The notes under the pieces were generated by a model that worked only from the letters and a program-made list of their open reading frames with translations, was not told the origin of the DNA and did no database searches. A program made the translations under genes and the position numbers. DNA of 53,619 nt. Source: Clostridiales bacterium (GTDB lineage: Bacteria > Bacillota > Clostridia > Christensenellales > Aristaeellaceae). The DNA is taken from contig SFFS01000008.1 in NCBI GenBank assembly GCA_004557805.1, forward strand, positions 1-53,619. The letters are read 5' to 3'. This document shows positions 1 to 11,189 of this stretch, piece after piece (positions within the stretch are counted from its first letter, which is position 1; every line of letters begins with the position of its first letter).

Positions 1-96
1 CTGATCGACTACGATTCCACCTGGACCGGCGAAAACAAGAACCACATCATCGAAGCGTGGACTTCCGCCATCAACGCGGACAAGCTGGCCAAGTAA
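1..96 (+). CDS. 3' end of a gene entering from the left edge, probably the solute-binding protein of the downstream ABC transporter
   Basis: Frame 1 is open from base 1 to TAA at 94-96 (...WTSAINADKLAK*). A hairpin with a T-run follows, then permease and ATPase genes on the same strand. The product is assigned from context only. Confidence 0.4.
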   Translation: MIDYDSTWTGENKNHIIEAWTSAINADKLAK

Positions 97-122
97 GGTT
101 CAATCATCCTGTTAGGATTCGC

Positions 123-150
123 AAAAACCGCCTCTACAGGCGGTTTTTGT
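123..150 (+). terminator. Rho-independent terminator or attenuator after the binding-protein gene
   Basis: Stem ACCGCCT (127-133) pairs with AGGCGGT (138-144), loop CTAC, followed by TTTTT. Confidence 0.6.
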
Positions 151-234
151 GAATCCGCCGGCGAAGGGCGGCGCGGCGCAGGCGCTTTGCACTCGCCGCG
201 GCAGATCAGAAACCCAAGGGAGAGGTGTTCATAT

Positions 235-2259
235 TTGACAAACGTAAAAAGCAAACAGCTGGACCGCAAAAAGCTGTTCGCGGATCCGGTAACCGTGTTT
301 GCGATTATCCTGGTGCTGGCCTTCCTGCTCCTGTTTGTGGTATATCCGCTGTGTACGATCCTCGCACAGAGCTTTACAACCGATGACACCGCCTATGTCA
401 ACAATCTGAGCAAAAACGGCAAGGCGCTGGTGACTTACGCTGCGGACGACGCGGAAATGCAGCAGAATCCCGTCTACCGGCTGGGCAGTGCCGCCGTCGC
501 CTATTCGAAGGAGTACTTCGCGCGCGGCAAGACGAATACCGATACCATGAAGACGCTGCGCGCCGAAATGGACGGCGCGCTTGCGGAAATCGACGCGGAC
601 GAGAGCCTTCTGGCTGCCTATGCGGCCGCTGTAAAGAGCGAAACGCCCGTCGCTGAAGAGGACGTGGCGAATCTCTGCTCGGCCATTGCGCACGATTATC
701 CGGAAATCGGCAAGGTCGGGCTGACGCTGGAAGTATATTTCTCCATTTTCGCTTCGAAAAAGTTCCTGCAGGTTGTGCGCAACACGCTGATGCTCGGCGC
801 GATTTCGGGCCTTTGCTCGACGGTCATCGGCTTCCTGTTCGCATACGTCGACGTATATGTAAAGACGAAGCTGCGCGGCATTTTCAAGGTGATTTCGATG
901 CTGCCCATCGTGTCTCCGCCGTTCGTGCTGTCGCTGTCGATGATTATGCTCTTTGGCAAGAAGGGCATCATTACATATCATCTGCTCAACATCAAAAACG
1001 CCAATATCTACGGCCTGCACGGCATCTTGTTCGTACAGATCCTGACGTTCTTCCCGGTGACGTACCTGATGCTGAAGGGGCTGCTCGCCAATATCGATCC
1101 TTCGCTGGAAGAATCGAGCCGCAATATGGGCGCCTCGCGCTGGCGCGTGTTCAAGGATATTACGCTGCCGCTGCTGCTTCCCGGCATTGGCAACGCGTTC
1201 CTGGTTTCCTTCATTGAGTCGGTAGCCGACTTCACCAACCCGATCATGATCGGCGGCGATTTCGACACGCTGGCCGCCTACATCTACATGCAGATTTCCA
1301 ACTTCGATACGCGTTCGTCTTCGGCGATGGCCGTCGTGCTGCTGACCATCAGCATGATCCTGTTCATCATCGAAAAGTATTTCCTCGAGCGCAAGAGCGT
1401 CGCGACGCTGACCGGCAAGGCCAGCCGCGTCCGCATGCAGATCGAAGACCGTTCGGTGCGCATTCCCACGACGGCGCTGTGCGCCTTCGTAGGGTTGTTC
1501 GTCATCGGCATGTATGCGATGGTGCCCGTCGGCGCGCTGTTCAAGCTGTGGGGCAAGGATTTCTCGCTGACGTTCAAGCATTTCGTCAACGTACTTGGCC
1601 GCGATACGAAGCCGTTCACGGATTCGCTGTATCTGAGCTTCGTCGCTTCCATCATTACCTCGCTGCTCTCGATGATTATCGCCTATCTGATCGTCAAGAA
1701 AAAATTCTTCGGCCGCAGGTTTATCGAGTTCGCCACGATGTTCGCCATGGCCGTGCCCGGCACGGTGCTTGGTATCGCCATCCTGCGCGGCTTCATCACC
1801 GGCGTGTTCCATTCGGGCGTGCTGGTGCTGGTCGGCACGAGCACGATCCTGATCGTCGCATTCGTCGTCCGCAGCCTGCCTATCGGTACGCGCTCGGCCG
1901 TGGCTGCGCTGAACCAGATCGATAAATCGATCGAGGAGTCGGCCTACGATATGGGCGCCGGCAGCATCAAGGTGTTCACCTCCATCACGCTGCCGCTGAT
2001 CAGCGATTCGTTCTTCTCCTCGCTGGTGACGACGTTCGCGCGCAGCATCACCGCAACCAGCGCCGTCATCTTCCTGATTTCCGCGCGCTGGCAGCTGATT
2101 ACGCCGCAGATCATGCACGTGGTCGACCGCGGCCAGTATTCCGTGGCCTGCGCGTATGCGACCATCATGATGCTGATCGTCTATGTGGCCATTTTCGCCA
2201 TGCAGCTGGTCGTCAGCCGCATGAGCCGCAGCCGCCGCATCAAGGAGCAGAAAGTGTGA
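235..2259 (+). CDS. ABC transporter permease, fused two-domain FbpB/ThiP-type (iron(III)/polyamine-like importer)
   Basis: A 690-aa ORF (187-2259) with two BPD-type permease halves and many TM segments. The preferred start is TTG 235, preceded by GGGAGAGG about 9 nt upstream. ATG 187 has no Shine-Dalgarno sequence. Confidence 0.85.
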   Translation: MTNVKSKQLDRKKLFADPVTVFAIILVLAFLLLFVVYPLCTILAQSFTTDDTAYVNNLSKNGKALVTYAADDAEMQQNPVYRLGSAAVAYSKEYFARGKTNTDTMKTLRAEMDGALAEIDADESLLAAYAAAVKSETPVAEEDVANLCSAIAHDYPEIGKVGLTLEVYFSIFASKKFLQVVRNTLMLGAISGLCSTVIGFLFAYVDVYVKTKLRGIFKVISMLPIVSPPFVLSLSMIMLFGKKGIITYHLLNIKNANIYGLHGILFVQILTFFPVTYLMLKGLLANIDPSLEESSRNMGASRWRVFKDITLPLLLPGIGNAFLVSFIESVADFTNPIMIGGDFDTLAAYIYMQISNFDTRSSSAMAVVLLTISMILFIIEKYFLERKSVATLTGKASRVRMQIEDRSVRIPTTALCAFVGLFVIGMYAMVPVGALFKLWGKDFSLTFKHFVNVLGRDTKPFTDSLYLSFVASIITSLLSMIIAYLIVKKKFFGRRFIEFATMFAMAVPGTVLGIAILRGFITGVFHSGVLVLVGTSTILIVAFVVRSLPIGTRSAVAALNQIDKSIEESAYDMGAGSIKVFTSITLPLISDSFFSSLVTTFARSITATSAVIFLISARWQLITPQIMHVVDRGQYSVACAYATIMMLIVYVAIFAMQLVVSRMSRSRRIKEQKV

Positions 2260-2302
2260 CCGGGGCGGAACGCCTCAGAATCCGGTTGAAGGAGTGTACA
2301 TT

Positions 2303-3382
2303 ATGAGCAATACAAAAAAAGGTGTCCGGCTCTCAAATATTTCCAAGATTTACATCGACCCCAAAACGAACAAGCCGTTTAAGGCGGTCGATTCCATCAA
2401 TGTCGATATCGCGCCCGGCGATTTCGTCACGTTGCTCGGCCCTTCCGGCTGCGGCAAAACGACCACGCTGCGCATGATCGCGGGCTTTGAATCGCCGGAC
2501 GAGGGCGAGATTTATCTCGGCGAGCAGGCGATTAACGAATTGACGCCCAACAAGCGCGATACGGCCATGGTGTTCCAGAGCTACGCGCTTTTCCCGCACA
2601 TGAACATTTTCGATAACGTAGCCTACGGCCTGAAGCTGCGCAAGGTTCCCAAGGACGAGATCCGCAAAAAGGTTTTCGATATGCTCAAGCTTGTCGGCCT
2701 CGAAGGCATGGAGAACCGCTATACCAACCAGCTTTCGGGCGGCCAGCAGCAGCGCGTAGCGCTGGCGCGCGCGCTGATCGTCGAGCCCGGCGTGCTGCTG
2801 TTCGACGAACCGCTTTCGAACCTTGATGCGAAGCTGCGCGTTTACATGCGCACTGAAATCCGCCGCATCCAGCAGCAGTTCGGCATCACGGCCATTTACG
2901 TTACGCACGATCAGTCTGAGGCGATGTCCATTTCCGATAACATCATCATTATGAACAAGGGTGTGATCGCCCAGATGGGCACGCCGCAGCAGATTTACTA
3001 CAACCCCGCCAGCGAGTTCGTGGCTGATTTTATCGGCGAAGCGAACTTCCTGAAGGTGAAGGTGGACAGCGTGGAAGCCGATAAGATCGGCGTTTCGTTC
3101 AACGGCGTGCGCTTTGCGGCGCGCAGACCCGAGATCAAGCTGGAAGCGGGCGAGGAACATACGATGATGCTCCGCCCCGAAGGCGTGCGCCTGGCCGAAA
3201 CGGGCGTACTGCCCTGTCGGGTTATCCTGTCCTGCTTTATGGGCTCGTATCAGAACTACCACGTCATGGTGGGCGATACGCTCGTGAAGATCACGGACAA
3301 CCATCCGGTCGGCCGCCGCGTGTTCAATGTGGGCGAGGAAGCGTTCCTCGATTTCAGCCCGATCGATACGCATCTGATGTAA
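2303..3382 (+). CDS. ABC transporter ATP-binding protein (PotA/FbpC-like, with a C-terminal TOBE-like domain)
   Basis: Walker A GPSGCGKTT, signature LSGGQQQR and Walker B LLLFDEP. ATG 2303 lies 7 nt after GAAGGAG. Confidence 0.95.
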   Translation: MSNTKKGVRLSNISKIYIDPKTNKPFKAVDSINVDIAPGDFVTLLGPSGCGKTTTLRMIAGFESPDEGEIYLGEQAINELTPNKRDTAMVFQSYALFPHMNIFDNVAYGLKLRKVPKDEIRKKVFDMLKLVGLEGMENRYTNQLSGGQQQRVALARALIVEPGVLLFDEPLSNLDAKLRVYMRTEIRRIQQQFGITAIYVTHDQSEAMSISDNIIIMNKGVIAQMGTPQQIYYNPASEFVADFIGEANFLKVKVDSVEADKIGVSFNGVRFAARRPEIKLEAGEEHTMMLRPEGVRLAETGVLPCRVILSCFMGSYQNYHVMVGDTLVKITDNHPVGRRVFNVGEEAFLDFSPIDTHLM

Positions 3383-3399
3383 ATAAACGGAAAATGGGA

Positions 3400-3424
3400 G
3401 GGCCGTATGGAGTTCATACGGCCC
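3400..3424 (+). terminator. Hairpin after the ABC ATPase gene (copy 1 of a repeated palindrome)
   Basis: GGGCCGTATG / CATACGGCCC stem with loop GAGTT, 18 nt after the stop codon. The T-run is weak. Confidence 0.5.
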
Positions 3425-3640
3425 TTATCAATTTATCCTAAAGCGGGGCGAGGCGTTTGTCGAAGGGATTTCGGCGCGTTCGCGCCTGAAAAGGCGCGGC
3501 GCATGCATCCCCCGGAAAGCGTTGCCTGCGCCGCAAAAGGGTTCTGCAAACGGGAAAAGGTAAAATTAAATTGCCCGATGCATGCCCGGTTTCGCTCCAT
3601 TTGAATTCGAGAGAACTTGGAACCGTTTCTGACGGTATGC

Positions 3641-3665
3641 GGGCCGTATGAAGTTCATACGGCCC
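3641..3665. repeat. Second near-identical copy of the GGGCCGTATG..CATACGGCCC palindrome
   Basis: It differs from the copy at 3400-3424 by one loop base. It lies 241 bp downstream in the same orientation, inside a 510-bp convergent intergenic region. Confidence 0.7.
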
Positions 3666-3844
3666 TGCTTATTGATTTGAACGGGAAACGAGACGGCGGG
3701 GCTCTGCGTGGAAACGATTCTGGCACTCATGCGCGCTGTTTTCAATGCTCATGCCGCACGCTTTTCCCGTTGGAATTAGGGAGCTTCTAAATTCGCCAGG
3801 CAGTATTTTCGACGGTTGGTTTTCATCCTTGCAAAGACACAACA

Positions 3845-3880
3845 TAAAAAAAGAAGGCCGCATGTTTCTGCGGCCTTCCC
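3845..3880 (-). terminator. Rho-independent terminator of the binding-protein gene at 3895-4728
   Basis: Stem GAAGGCCGC (3853-3861) pairs with GCGGCCTTC (3870-3878). The A-run at 3845-3852 is a U-run on the minus strand, 15 nt beyond the stop. Confidence 0.8.
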
Positions 3881-3894
3881 GTTTCATTATGCGC

Positions 3895-4728
3895 TTACTC
3901 GCCCTCTTCAGTTTCTTCCAGCGCAACCAGATATCCCGCCAGCACCGTAATATCGCTGCCGAACCAGTCCGATGCGATATCGCTGAGCACGCCGTTGAAC
4001 GCGAGCGTCACCATCGCGTCGTTCACGGCCGACCACAGCGCTTCGCTCTGCGGCGCGAACGCCGCGGTCAGCTCCCATACGGCTTCCGGTTCGCCCACGA
4101 ATTTCAGGTTCGCGCCCTGCGCGATGCGGTACTCGGCGACCAGCCGGTCGACCAGCGCGCCGTCTACGCTTCCTGTTTCCACGGCGTTGAGCAGCTCATA
4201 GGCGGTGGGGAAGGAGTAGGCCGCGCTCAGCACCTGATAGAGCTCCTTGTTTTCATTGAGCACGTCCGCCTCGCAGGAGCCTTCGCGCAGACCGAGCGTC
4301 TTGCCGGCCATATCCGCCATAGCGCTGACGGCGGAATCGCCCTTCACTACGAGCGCCGTGCCGGATTCGATGTAGGGGAAGCTCACGCGCAGCATGTCCT
4401 CGTTGTCCGCCTGCGCAAACCCGCACAGCAGCATGTCGACCGAGCCGTCTTCCAGCGCGGAGCGCGCGTTTTTCCATTCGATCGGGACAACTTCCAGTTC
4501 AACGCCCAGCGCGTCGCAGATCGCATAGGCGAAATCGACGTCAAAGCCGGTATATTCGTTCGTTTCATCGACAAAGCAGAAGGGCGCATAGGCCTTATCC
4601 ATGCCCACGCGGAGCGCGCCGCGTTCCTTTACATCCACATAAGAAAGATCGGTCCCGTCCTCCTCGGCGAACGCGCATGCGCAAAACGTCATGCACACGG
4701 CCAGCAGCATGGCGAAAAATCTCTTCAT
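3895..4728 (-). CDS. Amino-acid ABC transporter substrate-binding protein (family 3 SBP), secreted
   Basis: MKRFFAMLLAVCMTFCACAFA signal peptide followed by an SBP_bac_3-like body (LRVGMDKAYAPFCF..., GFDVDFAYAICDALG). ATG 4728 is preceded by GGAGGGA. The upstream 222 codons of the 499-aa ORF are R/G-rich artefact. Confidence 0.85.
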   Translation of the reverse strand: MKRFFAMLLAVCMTFCACAFAEEDGTDLSYVDVKERGALRVGMDKAYAPFCFVDETNEYTGFDVDFAYAICDALGVELEVVPIEWKNARSALEDGSVDMLLCGFAQADNEDMLRVSFPYIESGTALVVKGDSAVSAMADMAGKTLGLREGSCEADVLNENKELYQVLSAAYSFPTAYELLNAVETGSVDGALVDRLVAEYRIAQGANLKFVGEPEAVWELTAAFAPQSEALWSAVNDAMVTLAFNGVLSDIASDWFGSDITVLAGYLVALEETEEGE

Positions 4729-4815
4729 TTCAGGGGTTCCCTCCTTTGCATCTGGCAAAATCCGTAGCACAATAGTACCCTGCCCGGCAATATTTGTCAA
4801 GCGAACAAAAAAAGC

Positions 4816-4844
4816 GTGACGAAAGCCCGCGGCATGTGTATAAT
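4816..4844 (+). promoter_or_regulatory. Candidate sigma-A promoter for the metal ABC operon
   Basis: GTGACG (4816-4821), 17-nt spacer, TATAAT (4839-4844), about 100 nt upstream of the znuA-like start. Confidence 0.4.
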
Positions 4845-4941
4845 CGAGCTGCATTCGAAAAAAAGACCGACAATGCCTGCGCCTGCCCGGAGCGTCTTTC
4901 CGCACGGGATCGCGCGAACGCATGTAAGGAGGACGCTGACT

Positions 4942-5811
4942 TTGCGTAAAAAACTCGTCTGTCTGCTTTTGCTTTTCTGCCTTTTGCTGGGCGGCTGCGC
5001 CGCCGCGGAAGGGCTGACCGTTACCGCCACGTTTTATCCGGTCTATCTTGCGGCGATTAACGTCTGCCGCGATGTGGAGGGCGTTTCCGTGGCGTGCCTT
5101 GCGCCGCCCACGGCGGGCTGTCTGCACGATTATCAGATTACCTCCGCCGAGCGTCGCACGCTCGCCGATTCCAACGTGATTCTCGCCAACGGCGCGGGGC
5201 TTGAATCGTTTCTGGAAAAGCTGCTGCCGCAGCTGAAGGGAACGGTCGTCGAGGCGGCGGAGGGGATTGAGCTGCTGCCCGGACACGAGGATGAATGGAA
5301 CCCGCATGTATGGGTGAGCGTTTCCGGCGCGATTCGCGAGGCGGAGAATATCGCCGCGGGAATGGCCGCCGCCGATCCGGCGCACGCCGGGCAATACGCG
5401 GCCAACTGCGCCGCATATACCGAAAAGCTGCGGGCCTTAAAGGAAGAAACGGCCGCCGCGCTCGCGCCCTGCGCGGGCAAAAGCATCGTCACCTTCCACG
5501 AGGCGTTCGATTATTACGCCGCTGAGTTCGGGCTGAACGTCGCCGCCGTGGTGCAGCACGACGAGGGCAGCGCGCCCTCCGCGCGCGAAATCGCCGATAC
5601 GGTGAAAACCATCCGCGAAGAGGGCGTCTGCGCGCTGTTCGCCGAGCCGCAGTATACCGACGAATCGATCGATCTGATTGCCCGCGAGACGGGCCTGCCG
5701 GTCTATCTGCTCGACCCGGTCGTTTCCGGCGAGGCCGATCCGGACGATTTCGACGCGTACCTGCGCATCATGCGCCAGAACCTTGAGACGCTTCTGGAGG
5801 CGCTTCAATGA
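4942..5811 (+). CDS. znuA: Metal (Zn/Mn) ABC transporter substrate-binding lipoprotein, ZnuA/TroA family
   Basis: LLLGGCAAAEG lipobox followed by a TroA-like body (TATFYPVYLAA..., CLHDYQ, NPHVWVS). TTG 4942 lies 9 nt after AGGAGG. Zn versus Mn specificity is not resolvable by eye. Confidence 0.8.
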   Translation: MRKKLVCLLLLFCLLLGGCAAAEGLTVTATFYPVYLAAINVCRDVEGVSVACLAPPTAGCLHDYQITSAERRTLADSNVILANGAGLESFLEKLLPQLKGTVVEAAEGIELLPGHEDEWNPHVWVSVSGAIREAENIAAGMAAADPAHAGQYAANCAAYTEKLRALKEETAAALAPCAGKSIVTFHEAFDYYAAEFGLNVAAVVQHDEGSAPSAREIADTVKTIREEGVCALFAEPQYTDESIDLIARETGLPVYLLDPVVSGEADPDDFDAYLRIMRQNLETLLEALQ

Positions 5812-6623
5812 AAAACGATTCTCTGCGCACGCCCTGCGGCGCGTGCTGCACGCAGTTTAAACACCTCACCGTTTCGCTCGAAGGGCTGGACGTGCTCGAG
5901 GATGTCTCGATGCATCTGCACTGCGGCGAAATGACGGCCATCATCGGCCCGAACGGCGCGGGCAAGACGACGCTTTTCAAGGCACTCCTGCGCCAGATCC
6001 CCTATCGCGGAGAAATCACCTTTTCCGATGCGGAGGGCACGCGCGTGGGCAAGCCGCGCATCGGCTACGTGCCGCAATATCTGGCGGCGGAGCGGCTGGC
6101 GCCTGCGACGGTGCTCGATTTTTTCCGCGCCGCGCTTTCGCGCGCGCCGGCGTTTCTGCCGCCGCGCAGAAGAGAACGCGAAATGATTCTGGAGGCGCTT
6201 TCGCGCGCGGGCGCGGAGCAGCTGATCGACCGCCGCGTGGGCGCGCTCTCGGGCGGGGAGACGCAGCGCGTGCTGCTTGCGCTGGCGCTTACGCCCATGC
6301 CCGATCTGCTCATGCTCGACGAGCCCGTCAGCGGCATGGACGCGGAAGGGCTGGCGGCGTTTTATCACCGGCTGGACATGCTGCGCAGCGAATACGATAT
6401 CAGCATCCTGCTCATTTCGCATGATTTTTCGTTCGTGCGGCGCTACGCCGATAAAGCCGCGCTGATCGACCGGCGGCTGCTGGCGTTCGGGCCGCCCGCC
6501 GAGGTGTTTGCGGGCGAAACCTTCCGCGCGGTGTTCCCGGGCGTGGCGGTTGAGGACGCGGCGCCGGATCATCATTCGCATGTCGATCATCACCATCATC
6601 ACGGAGAGGGGGCGGGCGCATGA
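5808..6623 (+). CDS. znuC: Metal ABC transporter ATP-binding protein with a His-rich C-terminal tail
   Basis: Walker A GPNGAGKTT, signature LSGGETQR and Walker B LLMLDEP. The tail is PDHHSHVDHHHHHGE. ATGA overlaps the znuA stop. Confidence 0.9.
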   Translation: MKNDSLRTPCGACCTQFKHLTVSLEGLDVLEDVSMHLHCGEMTAIIGPNGAGKTTLFKALLRQIPYRGEITFSDAEGTRVGKPRIGYVPQYLAAERLAPATVLDFFRAALSRAPAFLPPRRREREMILEALSRAGAEQLIDRRVGALSGGETQRVLLALALTPMPDLLMLDEPVSGMDAEGLAAFYHRLDMLRSEYDISILLISHDFSFVRRYADKAALIDRRLLAFGPPAEVFAGETFRAVFPGVAVEDAAPDHHSHVDHHHHHGEGAGA

Positions 6624-7447
6624 CGTTTCTTTCCGATCTGCTCTGGGGCTGGACGGAATACGGTTTTATGCGCACGGCGCTGTGCGCCGTACTGTTGATC
6701 GCGCCGCTCTACGGTCTGCTTGGCACCATGGCGGTGGACGGGCGCATGGCGTTCTTCTCCGATTCGCTCGGACATTCGGCCATTACGGGCATCGCGCTGG
6801 GCGTGATGCTGGGGCTTCAGACGCCCGCCTGGGCAATGGTGCTCTACGGGCTTTGCTATGCGCTGCTTCTTTGTTATGTCAAGGGCCGCGGCGCGGCCTC
6901 GACCGATACGACCATCGGCGTATTCTCCTCGACGGGGCTTGCGCTGGGCGTGGTGCTCCTCTCGCGCAACGGCGGTTTTGCGAAGTATTCCGGTTATCTT
7001 ATCGGCGATCTGCTGGCCATTGAGCCGGGCGATATCGCCACGGCGGCGGTGCTTCTGGCCGTGTCGCTTGCGTTCTGGCTGCTTTTTTATAACAAAATGC
7101 TTCTCAACAGCATTTCCGGGCCGGTGGCGTCCAGCCGCGGCGTGCGCACGCATCTGATGGAAACGGCGTTCGCATGCCTGCTGGCCGTGGTGGTCATGCT
7201 GTCCATCCGCTGGGTGGGCACGCTGATGCTCAACGCCATGCTCGTGCTGCCCGCTGCGGCGGCGCGCAATCTCGCGCGCAACGTGCGGCATTATCATCTG
7301 CTGTCGATGCTGCTGGCGCTGGTCTGCTCGGTGCTGGGGCTGCTTTTGTCGTTTGCGTGGGGAACCGCCTCCGGCGCGACGATCGTGCTGATGCTTGCCG
7401 CGGGCTATGCGGTCACGCTGCTGGTTCGCTCGCGCAGCGCGCAATAA
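6620..7447 (+). CDS. znuB: Metal ABC transporter permease (ZnuB/ABC-3 family)
   Basis: A 275-aa polytopic membrane protein whose start overlaps the znuC stop (ATGA). It has ABC-3 family features (FMRTALCAVLLIAP..., LVLPAAAARNLA). Confidence 0.9.
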   Translation: MTFLSDLLWGWTEYGFMRTALCAVLLIAPLYGLLGTMAVDGRMAFFSDSLGHSAITGIALGVMLGLQTPAWAMVLYGLCYALLLCYVKGRGAASTDTTIGVFSSTGLALGVVLLSRNGGFAKYSGYLIGDLLAIEPGDIATAAVLLAVSLAFWLLFYNKMLLNSISGPVASSRGVRTHLMETAFACLLAVVVMLSIRWVGTLMLNAMLVLPAAAARNLARNVRHYHLLSMLLALVCSVLGLLLSFAWGTASGATIVLMLAAGYAVTLLVRSRSAQ

Positions 7448-7457
7448 GGGGAGAGCG

Positions 7458-7988
7458 ATGGGATTCATTCTTGAAACGGAGCGCCTTGCGCTCCGAAAAA
7501 TGACGCAGGCCGATTTTCCCGCCCTGTGCGAAATTTTGCAGGACGAACAGACCATGTACGCCTATGAGGGCGCGTTCAGCGGCGAAGAAGCGCAGACATG
7601 GCTCGACAGGCAGCTGGAGCGCTATCGGGACGACGGAATCGGCCTGTGGGCGGTTATCCTGAAGGAAAATGGTAAAATGATCGGCCAGTGCGGCCTGACC
7701 TGGCAGAGAATTCCGGGCGAGACGGTGCTCGAGGTGGGCTATCTGTTCAACCGCGCGTACTGGCATTGCGGCTATGCCGCCGAGGCCGCCCGCGCCTGCC
7801 GCGATTACGCGTTTGAAACGCTGCGCGCGGAGAAGGTATATTCGATCATTCGCGATACGAATGCGCTTTCACAGAACGTCGCCCAGCGCAACGGAATGAC
7901 GCGGGTCGCGTCGTTTGTCAAGCATTATCGCGGGGCCGATATGCCGCACGGCGTGTACTGCGTGCAGCGGAGGGAGAGGGGAGAGTAA
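7458..7988 (+). CDS. GNAT family N-acetyltransferase (RimJ/RimL-like)
   Basis: MGFILETERLALRKMTQADF... and GYLFNRAYWHCGYAAEAARA are typical of Acetyltransf_3. ATG 7458 follows GGGGAGAG. Confidence 0.85.
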   Translation: MGFILETERLALRKMTQADFPALCEILQDEQTMYAYEGAFSGEEAQTWLDRQLERYRDDGIGLWAVILKENGKMIGQCGLTWQRIPGETVLEVGYLFNRAYWHCGYAAEAARACRDYAFETLRAEKVYSIIRDTNALSQNVAQRNGMTRVASFVKHYRGADMPHGVYCVQRRERGE

Positions 7989-7993
7989 AATGA

Positions 7994-8019
7994 AAAGGGC
8001 GGCTCAGCCGCCCTTTTTT
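7994..8019. terminator. Bidirectional terminator between the convergent GNAT and abfA genes
   Basis: AAAGGGCGGC TCA GCCGCCCTTTTTT, with an A-run on the left and a T-run on the right. Confidence 0.8.
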
Positions 8020-8035
8020 GCGCTCCGTGCGCAGT

Positions 8036-10023
<1,988 letters not shown>

Positions 10024-10065
10024 GGTTCATCCCCTCCTGCGGCGATTATACCATGCGGCATGCGG

Positions 10066-11148
10066 TCATGTCAGCGCTTTTTCGATCGCTTTTACGTTCT
10101 TTTGCAGCCGCTCGTCATAGGGGGCCAGCCGCGCGGCCTCGCGCGCCGCCTTGAGCGCTTCCTCCCTGCGGCCCGTGTAGAAACAGCCCAGCGCCAGCAG
10201 ATCATACGGAAGAAACCCCCATGCGTCGGCTTCGCAGATATACGTGCGCGGCCGGTCGGCAAGGGCGAGCGCTTTGCGCGCCAGAAACGTCATGCCGTCG
10301 AAATCTTCGCGCAGGTAGAGCAGCTTCGCGTAATCGAGCCACGGTTCGCGCAGATGCGGCGCTTCGGCGCAGGCGCGCAGCAGCCATTGCTCCGCGCCCG
10401 TTTCATTTCCCAGCATCAATTCGGCGCGGGCCAGATAGCGCATCGACGCGCAGCGCTCGTCGGCCCAGATCGCCTCCGGCATGGCGAGATGGCGGCGCAG
10501 CGTTTCGGCGCAGCGCTTCCAGTCGCCGGCGAAGCAGTATTCGCGGCCCAGGTAGTGCATGTTGCGGTCGTTATGCGGGTCTTCCTCGACGGCCAGTTCC
10601 AGCAGCGGCAGATACTGCGCGCGCGACTTGCCCGGGTCGGGGTGATGATCGAGCTGCACGCCCTCGGCGAACGCGCTGCGGTACGGCCCGTCGAGCACGA
10701 GCACCTCGTGCACCGGGTTTTGCCAGCGAAAACCGTGCCGCGCGTGGATTTTGTCGATCCAGAACACCACGCCTTCGCTGCCGTCCGGGTTAAACGACCA
10801 GGTGTAGCGGTATTTCAGGCGCTGCGCGCCCGTTTTCCATGCGGCCTCAACCTTTTCCCGCCAGCCCGGATGGAACGTCTCGTCCAGATCGGTGCAGACG
10901 CAGATATCGGCGTCCGCCGGGACGAGCTCCAGCGAGCGGTTGCGCGCAGCGTCGAAGCGCCACGGGGCTACGGCTTCCACGGTTACTTCCGCGCCCAGCG
11001 CGGAAAGCAGATCGGGCGTGCCGTCGTCGGAGCCGGTATCGAGCACGAACACGCGGTCAGCCTCGCGCATGGAGGCCATCCACCGCGCGGCGAATTTGCT
11101 TTCATTTTTGCAGATTGCGTAAACGCAGACAGAATATGCGCCCATCAA
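10066..11148 (-). CDS. Family 2 glycosyltransferase with a C-terminal TPR-like repeat domain
   Basis: N-terminal CVYAICKNESKFAARWMASMREADRVFVLDTGSDDGT (GT2 with a DxD-like motif). The C-terminal half is helical and repeat-like (YLGREYCFAGDW..., LARAELMLGNE..., LALGCFYTGRREEAL). Confidence 0.75.
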   Translation of the reverse strand: MMGAYSVCVYAICKNESKFAARWMASMREADRVFVLDTGSDDGTPDLLSALGAEVTVEAVAPWRFDAARNRSLELVPADADICVCTDLDETFHPGWREKVEAAWKTGAQRLKYRYTWSFNPDGSEGVVFWIDKIHARHGFRWQNPVHEVLVLDGPYRSAFAEGVQLDHHPDPGKSRAQYLPLLELAVEEDPHNDRNMHYLGREYCFAGDWKRCAETLRRHLAMPEAIWADERCASMRYLARAELMLGNETGAEQWLLRACAEAPHLREPWLDYAKLLYLREDFDGMTFLARKALALADRPRTYICEADAWGFLPYDLLALGCFYTGRREEALKAAREAARLAPYDERLQKNVKAIEKALT

Positions 11149-11189
11149 ATCCCCTCCGCAGCAGGCTATGCCTGGCGGAAGGCGCGCGT

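Noticed and set aside
229-2118. A 629-aa minus-strand ORF opposite the ABC permease gene. Similar long antisense ORFs are 2333-3373 (-), 8018-10003 (+), 27557-28828 (-), 34466-36382 (+), 37372-38709 (+), 42506-44494 (-), 46782-47756 (-) and 50369-51694 (+).
   Set aside because: The same high-GC antisense artefact applies. Each lies entirely opposite a gene with strong family motifs, is R/A/G/H-rich, and has no start-site signals.
3407-3604. A 65-aa ORF between the two copies of the palindromic repeat.
   Set aside because: It has no Shine-Dalgarno sequence, its start codon lies inside the terminator hairpin of the preceding gene, and its composition is basic and low complexity. The region is treated as non-coding, possibly a small RNA (see finding).
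4845-4941. A Zur/AdcR-type operator between the candidate promoter and the znuA-like start.
   Set aside because: Only a weak partial palindrome (TCGAGCTGCATTCGA) is present. I could not match it convincingly to a known Zur box, so no operator is called.
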